This document shows positions 10,673-19,501 of a stretch of DNA of 64,000 nucleotides, one piece after another. This DNA is from Acidimicrobiaceae bacterium (GTDB lineage: Bacteria > Actinomycetota > Acidimicrobiia > Acidimicrobiales > Poriferisodalaceae). How positions within the stretch are numbered: position 1 is the stretch's first letter; each line of letters starts with the position of its first letter. A program made the position numbers and the translations under genes. The stretch spans positions 26,392 to 90,391 of the forward strand of contig PAHW01000002.1 in assembly GCA_002705305.1 (NCBI GenBank), written 5' to 3'. The notes below the pieces were generated by a model that was not told the origin of the DNA, did not search any database, and saw only the letters and a program-made list of their open reading frames with translations.

Positions 10673-11473
10673 CTATTGTCTCGAGAAGTCCGGAGTACGA
10701 CGTTCGTTCATAGCAGTAACGCCTTCTTTCCAGTCATCAGTGGTTCGGAGTCTGTCTTGTTCGGCTTTCTCGCGGTCGGTTGCTGCCTTTATTGCTTGGG
10801 GTAGATGCCCTCGCATGGTTTCTCTTATTGATTCAACAGCCAGAGGTGCAGACGTGGCGATCTCAGTAGCAAAGTCTAAGGTTGCTGAACGAAGGTCGGC
10901 GAGCGGTACCAGACGATCGGCCAGACCTATAGCGACAGCTTCTTCGCCTTTTATACGTGCTCCGGTGTAGAGCAGTTCCAATGCTTTTTGTTGACCCACG
11001 AGTGCTGGAAGGGTCGCTGTTAACCCAAAGCCGTGATGAAATCCGAGCCGCGCGAAGTTGGCAGTAAAACGTGCTTCTGGGGCTGCGATTCGAAAATCAG
11101 CGAAACAGGCGACCCCGAGGCCTCCACCGACAGCTGCCCCTTGGATCGCCGCGATGACAGGTTTCTTGCAACTAAATAGATCAAACGCGGCGTCATAGAG
11201 GTGTCTTGCTGAGCCATCAGCATTACGGGCTGTTATCTCACCGCCTCGACTGCCGTCGCTGTGGAACTGTGCTCCGGCGCAGAAGTTCTTGCCCTCGGCG
11301 CACAACACAATGGCGCGACAACTGTCTTCTGCGTCTAGATCCGTGAACGCCGACACCAAACCGTCAATTAGTTCGAGGTCGAAGAAATTGTTCGGCGGAC
11401 GTCGAATCTCGGCCGTTGCAACGTAGCTGTCAATAGATACGTGTAGATCGCCGTAGACACCAAAATCGTTCAT
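10673..11473 (-). CDS. Enoyl-CoA hydratase/isomerase (crotonase fold)
   Basis: 266 aa with the oxyanion-hole segments FCAGAQF and GAAVGGGLG. Paralogue of 38355..39137. Confidence 0.85.
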   Translation of the reverse strand: MNDFGVYGDLHVSIDSYVATAEIRRPPNNFFDLELIDGLVSAFTDLDAEDSCRAIVLCAEGKNFCAGAQFHSDGSRGGEITARNADGSARHLYDAAFDLFSCKKPVIAAIQGAAVGGGLGVACFADFRIAAPEARFTANFARLGFHHGFGLTATLPALVGQQKALELLYTGARIKGEEAVAIGLADRLVPLADLRSATLDFATEIATSAPLAVESIRETMRGHLPQAIKAATDREKAEQDRLRTTDDWKEGVTAMNERRTPDFSRQ

Positions 11474-11524
11474 GACTCGATGCTAGCCCGTTCGGTATTT
11501 ATTGCCGAAAGAAGTAGCGGTGGA

Positions 11525-12601
11525 CTAGCTAAGGACTGATGAGCCGCCGGTAATCAAGGGATACAAACCCTCGGCTCCTTGGGCGACGGCAGCTTTCCCA
11601 AGCCATCTACTCCACTCGGCGTCACCACCGTATTCTTTGCGCCAGGCCCATAATCGACGGCTGTAGTGGTGAAGCGGGTATTCCTGGGTCATCCCCATCG
11701 CACCATGTGCCTGATGGCATGCTTTTGTGGCTCGAGCAGCAGCCTGGTTGGTGATGAGCTTTGCTGCAGCAATTTCGAAGGAAGCTAGTCCGCGGTTCGC
11801 TTCACGGGCAGCTGTTTCGGCTGCCATACGGGCCAGTGCCGCCTCTTGAGCACCCCAAACTAAGTGTTGTTGCACGGCCTGGAATCTTGCCACCGGGCGG
11901 CCGAACTGGACCCGATCATTCGTGTAGGTCACCGTCAGCTGACTCATCTTTTCGATAGCTCCGGCCATTAGCGCCGAGCGCGACAAAGCACCACGGAAAC
12001 GAAACGTCTCGGGGTTGGCTTCTGAGGCTGAAGAAGCTGGTGCTTTGACGTTGTCGAAACAAACCGTGTCGCGAGGTTCACCGGCCATATTTGTCATCGT
12101 ATGGATGACGCAATCGTTGGGATCGACGGACGCCACCATGTTTTGTCCATCGATTTCTAACAGGACCGCAATTCGTTCGGCCATCCTCGCCCACGGGACC
12201 CTTATGCAGGTTCCAGTCAGAGTTACTTCCTGGCCAGAAAGTGAACCCTTGACATCGGTGGCGCCATTGGGGAGGACTGTTACTGGCCCTTCAGGGATTT
12301 CGTGCCCCGCATCGGCAAGCAACCAACCACCAAGGATCCCGGTCTCCGCTGCTGGGATCGGAGCGGCGTGATACCCGACGAGTCTCAACACTTCCAATGC
12401 GTCGAGAAGTGTGCCGCCCGATCCGCCGCACGTCTCATCTATGGAAATCCAAGGAAACCCCGTTTCGGCAAATGCGGACCAGATTTCGGGCGCGGTGCCA
12501 ACTGCTTCAGCGGTCTGTACCGCTTCGTGGTCGCAGACTTGAGTGAAAAGACGATCGGCAGTTTCAGTGACTAATGGGTCAACCTCAGCCAACTCAGTCA
12601 T
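11525..12601 (-). CDS. Acyl-CoA dehydrogenase family protein (shorter partner subunit)
   Basis: 358 aa with ACAD C-terminal helical-domain features (RFQAVQQHL, QAHGAMGMTQEYPLHHYSRR). Its start overlaps the upstream ACAD stop by 4 nt. Confidence 0.75.
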   Translation of the reverse strand: MTELAEVDPLVTETADRLFTQVCDHEAVQTAEAVGTAPEIWSAFAETGFPWISIDETCGGSGGTLLDALEVLRLVGYHAAPIPAAETGILGGWLLADAGHEIPEGPVTVLPNGATDVKGSLSGQEVTLTGTCIRVPWARMAERIAVLLEIDGQNMVASVDPNDCVIHTMTNMAGEPRDTVCFDNVKAPASSASEANPETFRFRGALSRSALMAGAIEKMSQLTVTYTNDRVQFGRPVARFQAVQQHLVWGAQEAALARMAAETAAREANRGLASFEIAAAKLITNQAAARATKACHQAHGAMGMTQEYPLHHYSRRLWAWRKEYGGDAEWSRWLGKAAVAQGAEGLYPLITGGSSVLS

Positions 12602-13749
12602 GCCGGGAGTCCCTTCAGTCCTTTGGAAGCAACCGATCGAAGAATCTCAATAGTGCCGCCTCTGATTGTGTTGCCCGGAAATGTGACGACGCATTGTGCC
12701 AGCAGCCGTTCGAATAATGAGTCTGAGTCGGGTGAATATTCAAGATCGATGAGGTGGACAAGCTTTTCCACTACTTCTTGCTCATAGCGAGTGCCCATCT
12801 CCTTCACTAGTGAGGATTCGATGGAGGGTGCTTCACCGGTGTCGATGAGTCGAGCTACAGAGAGTGAAAGGTTTCGTATACCCCACCAGCGAGCGACCAG
12901 TTCGCCGAAGAGGTCTGAGATCGTCTGTTCGAGGTCAGTTCCTTTTGCTTCCCTGAGCAGTTGTTCCACCGTTGAGAATGGAGACAGCCAACGGTCGGGG
13001 CCGCCGCGTTCATAAGCCATCTCCGTGGTGTTTTGGTGCCATCCCATTCCGACATCGCCTACAACATTGATGTCGGGCACGAACACTTCGTTGAAAGTGA
13101 CTTCGTTGAAGTGGTGGGAACCATCAAGAAATGGGATGGGGCTAATTTCCAGGCCGGGCGATTTGAGGTCTATCAGTATTTGGGACAACCCTGCGTGTTT
13201 GTTCCCATCTTCCATAGGAGAGGTCCGCAGCAGGCAAACAAACCAGTCATTTTCGTGCGCTCCTGAGGTCCATATTTTTGTACCGTTGACAATCCACCCA
13301 TCAGTGGTGCGCTCCGCCTTGGTACTCACCGAAGCAAGATCAGATCCGCTGTCGGGCTCGCTCATTCCAATAGAGAATCCAAGTTCTCCTCTGCAAATTT
13401 CAGGCAGAAATCTTTCACGCTGTTCCTCTGTACCGAATTTCAGAATGACATTCCCGGTCTGTCGATCGGCAACCCAGTGATGTCCGACTGGGGCGCCCCA
13501 ACGAAGCATCTCTTCCACGACGATGAACCTGTCAACTGCTGTCCTATCTGACCCACCCCATTCTTTGGGGAGCGCCATACCTACCCAGCCGCGCTCAGCC
13601 ATTTTGAGCGAGAACGCTTTATCTTTCCTCGCTGCCATACCGAGACAAGGTTCATGAGATCCCGACGGCAACTCTTCTTGCAGAAACTCTCGCACTTGTT
13701 GCTGAAGTTCAAGCTCTTTGTTTGTGAGTTCGGTTGGAGTGAAACGCAT
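12598..13749 (-). CDS. Acyl-CoA dehydrogenase
   Basis: 383 aa with GFSIGMSEPDSGSDLAS and C-terminal GGTIEILRS. First gene of a six-gene minus-strand operon. Confidence 0.85.
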   Translation of the reverse strand: MRFTPTELTNKELELQQQVREFLQEELPSGSHEPCLGMAARKDKAFSLKMAERGWVGMALPKEWGGSDRTAVDRFIVVEEMLRWGAPVGHHWVADRQTGNVILKFGTEEQRERFLPEICRGELGFSIGMSEPDSGSDLASVSTKAERTTDGWIVNGTKIWTSGAHENDWFVCLLRTSPMEDGNKHAGLSQILIDLKSPGLEISPIPFLDGSHHFNEVTFNEVFVPDINVVGDVGMGWHQNTTEMAYERGGPDRWLSPFSTVEQLLREAKGTDLEQTISDLFGELVARWWGIRNLSLSVARLIDTGEAPSIESSLVKEMGTRYEQEVVEKLVHLIDLEYSPDSDSLFERLLAQCVVTFPGNTIRGGTIEILRSVASKGLKGLPA

Positions 13750-13885
13750 GTGATTTGTTTTCTGTTACGCAAGTAAAGAAATTGGCTTGGATGAAAGGGT
13801 CAAGTTCCTATTGTGGTCTGAAACAGCGTTGCCCCCCAACACGACGCAGCGACCGGTAATTGATGGTATTCGACGCGACGACGCC

Positions 13886-14407
13886 ATGGTGAGGCAGGAT
13901 CAAAGGGTGAACCAGACCCCAGCTCCCTTCGAGGGACATAGCGACATTGTCCGAAAAGAGTGGATTGACTTCAACGGTCACTTCAACGCCGGGTACTACC
14001 TCGTTTGTTTCGATGACGCCATTGAATCTTGGATGGATTTCATCGGCGTAGGTCGAGCACATCGAGATCGCCATTTCGTCACCACCTTCTCTGCGCAGAA
14101 TCACGTCACGTATCTTCGCGAAGTGCGCGAAGGAGCAAATTTGAGCGTCGCGACGCAACTACTGGGATTCGACCGCAAACGCATTCATGCCTTGCAGGTG
14201 ATGTGGAACACCGATGAAAACTTCGTGGCCGCAACATGCGAGGTCATGTCACTGCACGTATCAGAGCAAACACGCCGCGTCTCTGAGATGCACGATGACG
14301 TCTATGAGCGGTTGTCTCAAGTATGGAACAGTCACAAAAAGCTGGAGGTTCCCCACCAAGTTGGTCAGGTGATGTCTGTTCCGGGATGGCCTGCTTCTGT
14401 GGACTGA
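13886..14407 (+). CDS. Hotdog-fold acyl-CoA thioesterase (4HBT-like)
   Basis: The core (KEWIDFNGHFNAGYYLVCFDDA ... THVTYLREV) resembles thioesterase-superfamily proteins. The ORF track starts at TTG 13787; internal ATG 13886 is preferred but uncertain. Confidence 0.5.
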   Translation: MVRQDQRVNQTPAPFEGHSDIVRKEWIDFNGHFNAGYYLVCFDDAIESWMDFIGVGRAHRDRHFVTTFSAQNHVTYLREVREGANLSVATQLLGFDRKRIHALQVMWNTDENFVAATCEVMSLHVSEQTRRVSEMHDDVYERLSQVWNSHKKLEVPHQVGQVMSVPGWPASVD

Positions 14408-14425
14408 CGCGGGCAGAATAGAGCT

Positions 14426-15190
14426 ATGAGTCAACGGCTAGAAGGCAAAACGGCGGTTATCACAGGCGGCGGACGGGGGATAGGAAGAGCAATAGCACTG
14501 GCTTACGTTCAAGCGGGAGCAACGTGCATAGTGGCCAGCAGACAATTAGAAGATCTCGAAGCAACAGCGAGGCTCGCACCGCATGGTGCTGTCGAAGCAA
14601 TCGTTTGTGACGTTGCCAGTGACACATCGGTAGCGGCCATGGCTGAATTGGTACTGGGCAAATTCGGTGGCGTCGACATTGTCGTGAATAACGCAGGCGT
14701 CCACGCCGCCGGCAGCTTTTTAGAGATAGACGCGGCAACGTATTCCCGTCTCTACGAAGTCAACGTCGTGGGAATAGTGCGCGTCAGCCAAGCCTTCCTC
14801 GGAGGAATGATTGAGAGAGGCCGAGGGAGCATCGTCAATATCGCCTCTACAGCGGGACTGTTTGAATCCCCGGGACAGGCTCCGTACAACGCTTCAAAAC
14901 ATGGAGCTGTAGGGCTTACCCGTTGTATGGCATTGGAGTTGGCCTCAACAGGGGTGACTTGCAATGCCATATGCCCTGGTTTTGTCGACACACCAATGCT
15001 CGAAGGATTCGCAGATCTCGTCGGAGCGGAAGCTGACGAACTGCGAAAGCGCCTAGCCCAGCGAACCCCCATGGGTCGAATCCTTGACCCAAGCGAAATT
15101 GCCAACCTAGCCGTCTACCTTGGAGGCGATGAATCATCTGGAATGACGGGTCAAACCATGGCGATTAGCAATGGGATGCGGATGGCATAA
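14426..15190 (+). CDS. SDR-family oxidoreductase (FabG-like)
   Basis: Contains TGGGRGIGRAIA, NNAG and the catalytic YNASKHG motif. Confidence 0.85.
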   Translation: MSQRLEGKTAVITGGGRGIGRAIALAYVQAGATCIVASRQLEDLEATARLAPHGAVEAIVCDVASDTSVAAMAELVLGKFGGVDIVVNNAGVHAAGSFLEIDAATYSRLYEVNVVGIVRVSQAFLGGMIERGRGSIVNIASTAGLFESPGQAPYNASKHGAVGLTRCMALELASTGVTCNAICPGFVDTPMLEGFADLVGAEADELRKRLAQRTPMGRILDPSEIANLAVYLGGDESSGMTGQTMAISNGMRMA

Positions 15191-15486
15191 GCAACGACGC
15201 ACTACGAGATTCCGAACACGCATTCCCCGATTACGTTTCAGATCTCGAGCCGCGATCATTTATTGTGATTCGGACGACCTTGGCGAAGTCGCTGAACGGC
15301 ACCCAGAGGTGCAAAACAGGGACAGAGATCAGGCTTTCGAAGCTTCAGCGATTCACGCCAACAAGTGCTGACACAGGCGCAGAGCGCGACCGAAGCGGTC
15401 TTGGTGAGGAGTCGGCACAGTCCTTGCGTAATGCAAAGTTCGAGATCGAAGACCTGCAACCGATAAGTCCAGGCTAGTTTCCGAAC

Positions 15487-16275
15487 ATGGAGATTTTCGG
15501 GGTAGTAAACGCTTCCCCTGATTCTTTAGCCGGTTTCTCAATCGTCTCCGACCAACACCAAGGCGAACAGTACGGGGCTCAACTAGTCGCGGAAGGCGCC
15601 GACCATTTAGACATCGGCGCCCAAGCGTCACATGGAGACGCAGCGTTCGTCAGCGCGGACGAAGAATGGCAGATTGTCAAAAACCCCTTACAAGGCCTCC
15701 TTTCACTGGGTGTAGACGTAGCGATTGACACATGGCAGGTTGAAACCGCACGACGAGCGTTAGATGCCGGTTGCCGTGTGCTTAACGCCGCAGATGCATT
15801 ACAAACCAACGAAATGATTGAATTGGCGGCAGAGCGCGAGATTCAGATCGTTTTACCATTCATGCTCGGCCCGGATCCTCGTCACCTCAAACACGTGACA
15901 GGCGACCCTGTGCAGGTCATGGTTGACTGGTTCGACCTTCAGCTAGAACGAGCTGCACGCTGGGGAATCCGCGAACGACTAATGCTTGACCCAGGGACAG
16001 GTTTTGCCCCCGCCCATTGGGATTGGGAAGACCGCTTTCAGTATCAAAAAGCCATATACCAAGGTCTGTATCGACTGCGACCGTTTGAATTGCCAATTTA
16101 TGTGCCAATAGCGTGGAAACAGACACCAGACAGACTGGAGCTGATCGACTTGGTGTTGGCTCAAGAGGTCGAATATGTGAGGGCCCATATTCCGGCACAG
16201 GTCCGTCAACGCCACAATGCGATTCGCGAAGGAACACCGCTACCAACCTCGGAGCTGTGGCCTGACTATGAATAG
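15487..16275 (+). CDS. Dihydropteroate synthase-like pterin-binding domain protein (divergent)
   Basis: Collinear with FolP landmarks: GVVNASPDS (cf GILNVTPDS), GADHLDIGAQASHGDA (cf GA.IIDVGGESTRPGA), AIDTW (SVDT), LNAAD (INDI), LDPGTGF (LDPGFGF), VRAH (RVHD). Confidence 0.6.
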   Translation: MEIFGVVNASPDSLAGFSIVSDQHQGEQYGAQLVAEGADHLDIGAQASHGDAAFVSADEEWQIVKNPLQGLLSLGVDVAIDTWQVETARRALDAGCRVLNAADALQTNEMIELAAEREIQIVLPFMLGPDPRHLKHVTGDPVQVMVDWFDLQLERAARWGIRERLMLDPGTGFAPAHWDWEDRFQYQKAIYQGLYRLRPFELPIYVPIAWKQTPDRLELIDLVLAQEVEYVRAHIPAQVRQRHNAIREGTPLPTSELWPDYE

Positions 16276-16280
16276 AGGTG

Positions 16281-18587
16281 TTAGCTCGGCAACGCTTCTA
16301 GACGTGCCCGCACGTGTTTGTGGTGGGGGGTTAACGCGAACCAATCTCGATCTTCGATGTCTGTCAATTCGTTTACTGCTACGCCATGAATTTTGTGCTC
16401 ACCGGTTTCGTCGGGGTATTCCATTCCGAAACCGTGGGGGAGACTTACCTGACCTTCCATCATGGTCTCAGTGATGTCGACCGGGGCCTCAGCCTCGCCA
16501 CGTTTGGTGACAATTCGGACTCTCTGCCCCTCGCCGACCCCAATTCGATCGGCGTCTGAGGGATGAATCCGCAGAGCTCCGTCCTTGTCTTTCTTGCGCC
16601 AGGAGGGGTCCCTGATGATGTCGTTGACCGTAGATGATCGATGCTCGCCAGCTGTTAGAACAAATGGGTAAGCGTCGGAGGGTGAAGCTGGTTCTTCGTC
16701 AGCAAGGCCGCGTAACTCGTCGACCAGTTCAGGGATGTAGAGATGAATTTTTCCGTCCGGAGTTTTAATGCGGTCAAAACTCGATGAGTAATCGCTTGTG
16801 CTGAAGACCATTCCCGATTTGGCTTCCAGCAAGGAGTCGAACAGGTTGTTCGCAAGCTCCAGTCCATCTCCCTTTAGACCCGCAGCGCGCAACGAATCCG
16901 GGAATCGCAGAGATGCCTGCATCGCAGAAGCAAACATCACGGCAGCTGGACCCATCTTGCCGAGACTTTGCCCGAGGCTTCGATACAACGCGGTCGGAAG
17001 TTTTGCACCCAAGTCAGGATTGTCTGATGACAAACGCGTAAAGGTTTCGATGAACTGGTCACGTCCTTCTTCTGCAGCTTCGGCGAGTTCATCGACCCCT
17101 TCAGGAGCGCCTCCCATCGCTTCAACCAACCGCGAATGTATTTCCGCTTCGGGCAGAGTGTCTCCCAACGGTTCGAAAATAGGTTGACGAACATGGAAAT
17201 AATTTGAAGGCATCTCGCCTGCGAAGAAGGTCGCCTCCGGCTTCTCGTACTGAGAACACGCCGGTAGGACATAGTGCGCTTGACGCGCTGTTTCTGTCAT
17301 CGCCACGTCGATCACCACTAGGCAGTCAAGTTTTTGAAATGCTTCACGAAATCGCTTGGAATCAGGCAACGAATGCAAGGGGTTTGCAGACTCGACAATT
17401 AATCCTCGAAAACGGTCGGGATGGTCTGTGTCTATGGCATCAGGAATCGCGGCACATGCCACCATTCCGCATAACAGTGGAGTACCCGTTACGGGTTCTG
17501 TAGCCCCATCAGGACTGTGTCCGCAAATTGGTGCGAGGCGCACCGGGATATTCATTCCACCCTCGATACCAAAATTTCCGGTCAACAAAAACAAGAGCCG
17601 TTGCAACCAACTATTCAGCGTCGAGTGCGGGGCCATTTCGATGCCAAGGTCCTCTTCGGTGGCCATCGATTGAGCATTGGCCATCGTTCGCGTCGCTGAC
17701 CGAAGGTCCTCTTCGCTGACGCCACATTTCCGCGCGTAATCCGCAATGTCGATGTCCGCGAGCAAAGCATGAAGGTCGTCCCAACCAACGCACTGTTGGT
17801 CGAGAAATCGGTCGTCGGTCAGGTCTTCTTCAACCATGATCGCTAGAACAGCAGCGAGAGCCCAAGCGTCAGTACCTGGCTTCACCCTGAGATGATGATC
17901 TGACATGTTCGCCGTTTCAGAAATTCGAGGATCGAACACCACGATCTTTCGGTCCGCATCGTTTTTGATCGCGTTTAGAACATTTCGCGTCTCTGGGAAT
18001 CCATGACTTTGCCAGGGATTCTTGCCTATAAAGACAGCGCAATCAGTGTGATGAAAATCAGGGGTAGCTCCGACATCTTGTCGCCCAAAAAACTTTCCCT
18101 GTACCCAGTACATTCCAGTTTTTTCCTGAGCTAAAGCGTTGCTTCTGTATTGGATACCCAAGGTTTGTATAACGCTGCGAGCGTAGGCGCCAGGGAAGTG
18201 GTTGCCTTGGCCGCCGCCCCCGTAATACAAGATCTTGTCGCCTCCGTAGGTGTCTCGGATTCCGACAAGCTGATCAGCGACCTCTTTGATGGCTTGGTCC
18301 CAGCTGATTTCGATGAACGTTCCGTCTTCCATCCGCTTCAGGGGTGACGTAAGCCGATCGCGCCCATTTTGATAGTGGTTGACGCGTAAACCTTTCTCGC
18401 AGGTATAGCCCTTGCTCGAGGGGTGTTCTTTATCACCTCGGACCCGAACGATTTCTCGACCATCAATCCGCACTTCGATCCCGCAGTTGGCAGAACAAAG
18501 GACACAAGCCGTTTTGTGCCATACCTTCGTAGGGTCGTTTTCGGCGCTGAGTTCTTCCGCTGTTTGCGGGCTGTCAGTGTCGTGCAT
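16281..18587 (-). CDS. Molybdopterin (bis-MGD) oxidoreductase, formate-dehydrogenase/BisC-like
   Basis: 768 aa. N-terminal 4Fe-4S motif CVLCSANCGIEV...YTCEKG (CxxCxxxC...C), with MGD-binding and C-terminal beta-barrel regions. The frame is uninterrupted. Confidence 0.85.
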   Translation of the reverse strand: MHDTDSPQTAEELSAENDPTKVWHKTACVLCSANCGIEVRIDGREIVRVRGDKEHPSSKGYTCEKGLRVNHYQNGRDRLTSPLKRMEDGTFIEISWDQAIKEVADQLVGIRDTYGGDKILYYGGGGQGNHFPGAYARSVIQTLGIQYRSNALAQEKTGMYWVQGKFFGRQDVGATPDFHHTDCAVFIGKNPWQSHGFPETRNVLNAIKNDADRKIVVFDPRISETANMSDHHLRVKPGTDAWALAAVLAIMVEEDLTDDRFLDQQCVGWDDLHALLADIDIADYARKCGVSEEDLRSATRTMANAQSMATEEDLGIEMAPHSTLNSWLQRLLFLLTGNFGIEGGMNIPVRLAPICGHSPDGATEPVTGTPLLCGMVACAAIPDAIDTDHPDRFRGLIVESANPLHSLPDSKRFREAFQKLDCLVVIDVAMTETARQAHYVLPACSQYEKPEATFFAGEMPSNYFHVRQPIFEPLGDTLPEAEIHSRLVEAMGGAPEGVDELAEAAEEGRDQFIETFTRLSSDNPDLGAKLPTALYRSLGQSLGKMGPAAVMFASAMQASLRFPDSLRAAGLKGDGLELANNLFDSLLEAKSGMVFSTSDYSSSFDRIKTPDGKIHLYIPELVDELRGLADEEPASPSDAYPFVLTAGEHRSSTVNDIIRDPSWRKKDKDGALRIHPSDADRIGVGEGQRVRIVTKRGEAEAPVDITETMMEGQVSLPHGFGMEYPDETGEHKIHGVAVNELTDIEDRDWFALTPHHKHVRARLEALPS

Positions 18588-18691
18588 CTAATCCAGTCCC
18601 TCCGACACAACCATGCTAGAGCGATCGCAGGTCGTGGTCGATTCCATCGGTTGTAAGACGCGCTCGGTTCGAACATGAGTAACGTGCCTCC

Positions 18692-19240
18692 ATGAGTGCA
18701 AACAGACGGCGATATGTGAAAGCGCTGTATGGCTTCGATGCGGTGGTGCAGCGCGTCGAAGAGTCATGCTGGGGCTCGGAGTCACCATGTGAGGGCTGGT
18801 CAGCGCTTGATGTACTAGCTCACAACGTTGGGATGTGCGAGATGATCGCCGGAATAGCCAGAGGTATTCCCGCGGACACAGCACAACATCCCACCCTTGG
18901 GAACCCCAAAAAAGATTGGATTGATGCCCGCGACGATGTACTCGAGGCTCTCGACCAGCCAGGAGCGCTCGAAATTGAAGTCGGAACGCCTTGGGGTCAT
19001 CTGGCCGTCGATCGCTTCGTGGGTATCGTCGCTGTGGATCCGCTACTGCATACTTTCGATTTAGCAAAATCTTCTGGTCAGGCGGTCGTTCTCGATGAAG
19101 AACTCGCCAAAGCCGCATATAACCAGCTTGAAAAGGCCGGGGACATGATTCGCGGTGAACGTTTCGGGCCAGCAGTTCCCGTTGCCCCCGATGCTTCCAT
19201 AACAGATAAATTGATCGCTATCGCGGGTCGGAATCCGTGA
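18692..19240 (+). CDS. DinB/MDMPI_N-like (TIGR03086-like) metal-binding protein
   Basis: 182 aa with SPCEGWSALDVLAHNVG, typical of the mycothiol maleylpyruvate isomerase N-terminal-like family. Confidence 0.55.
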   Translation: MSANRRRYVKALYGFDAVVQRVEESCWGSESPCEGWSALDVLAHNVGMCEMIAGIARGIPADTAQHPTLGNPKKDWIDARDDVLEALDQPGALEIEVGTPWGHLAVDRFVGIVAVDPLLHTFDLAKSSGQAVVLDEELAKAAYNQLEKAGDMIRGERFGPAVPVAPDASITDKLIAIAGRNP

Positions 19241-19256
19241 CTGGGGGAGGACCGGT

Positions 19257-19451
19257 ATGCGCGTTCGGGTCGATACCGAAAAGTGCCAAGGACATAATCG
19301 CTGTTTTTCTTTAGCCGCCGAACTGTTCGACGTTGATGACTATGGCTATGCCACAGAAATAGGTGATGGAGAGGTTGCGAGTGAGCTAGAGGACAAGGCG
19401 CGATTAGCAGTGGCCAATTGTCCGGAATTTGCAATTTCCATCGAAGAGTGA
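19257..19451 (+). CDS. Small [3Fe-4S]-type ferredoxin
   Basis: 64 aa with CQGHNRC ... CPEFAI spacing, as in actinobacterial P450-associated ferredoxins. Confidence 0.75.
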   Translation: MRVRVDTEKCQGHNRCFSLAAELFDVDDYGYATEIGDGEVASELEDKARLAVANCPEFAISIEE

Positions 19452-19501
19452 CACTTGGTTTTTGAAGGCCTCGGGGTACTCCCAAAATTTGCTGCGAGCA
19501 C

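Noticed and set aside
15171-15371. Possible third small selenoprotein, because the ORF ends ...HANKC-TGA
   Set aside because: The read-through continues only as an Arg-rich peptide (HRRRARPKRSW) to another TGA and then a TAA. There is no redox motif context, no hairpin at SECIS distance, and the ORF overlaps the end of the SDR gene.
16281-18587. Whether the formate-dehydrogenase-like molybdoenzyme is also Sec-containing
   Set aside because: The 768-codon frame is uninterrupted with no in-frame TGA. If the Mo ligand position is Cys or Ser it is encoded normally, so there is no evidence for Sec here.
18588-19118. 176-aa minus-strand ORF opposite the DinB-like gene, and similar antisense ORFs (for example 31265..31888, 62908..63519, 63532..63906, 10148..10492)
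   Set aside because: They lie antisense to genes with clear family signatures. They have Arg/Ser/Pro-rich low-complexity composition typical of spurious frames in GC-rich DNA, and no recognisable motifs.
19452-19501. Terminator between the convergent ferredoxin and carnitine dehydrogenase genes
   Set aside because: Only a 3-4-bp GGGG/CCC pairing is available. This is too weak to call.
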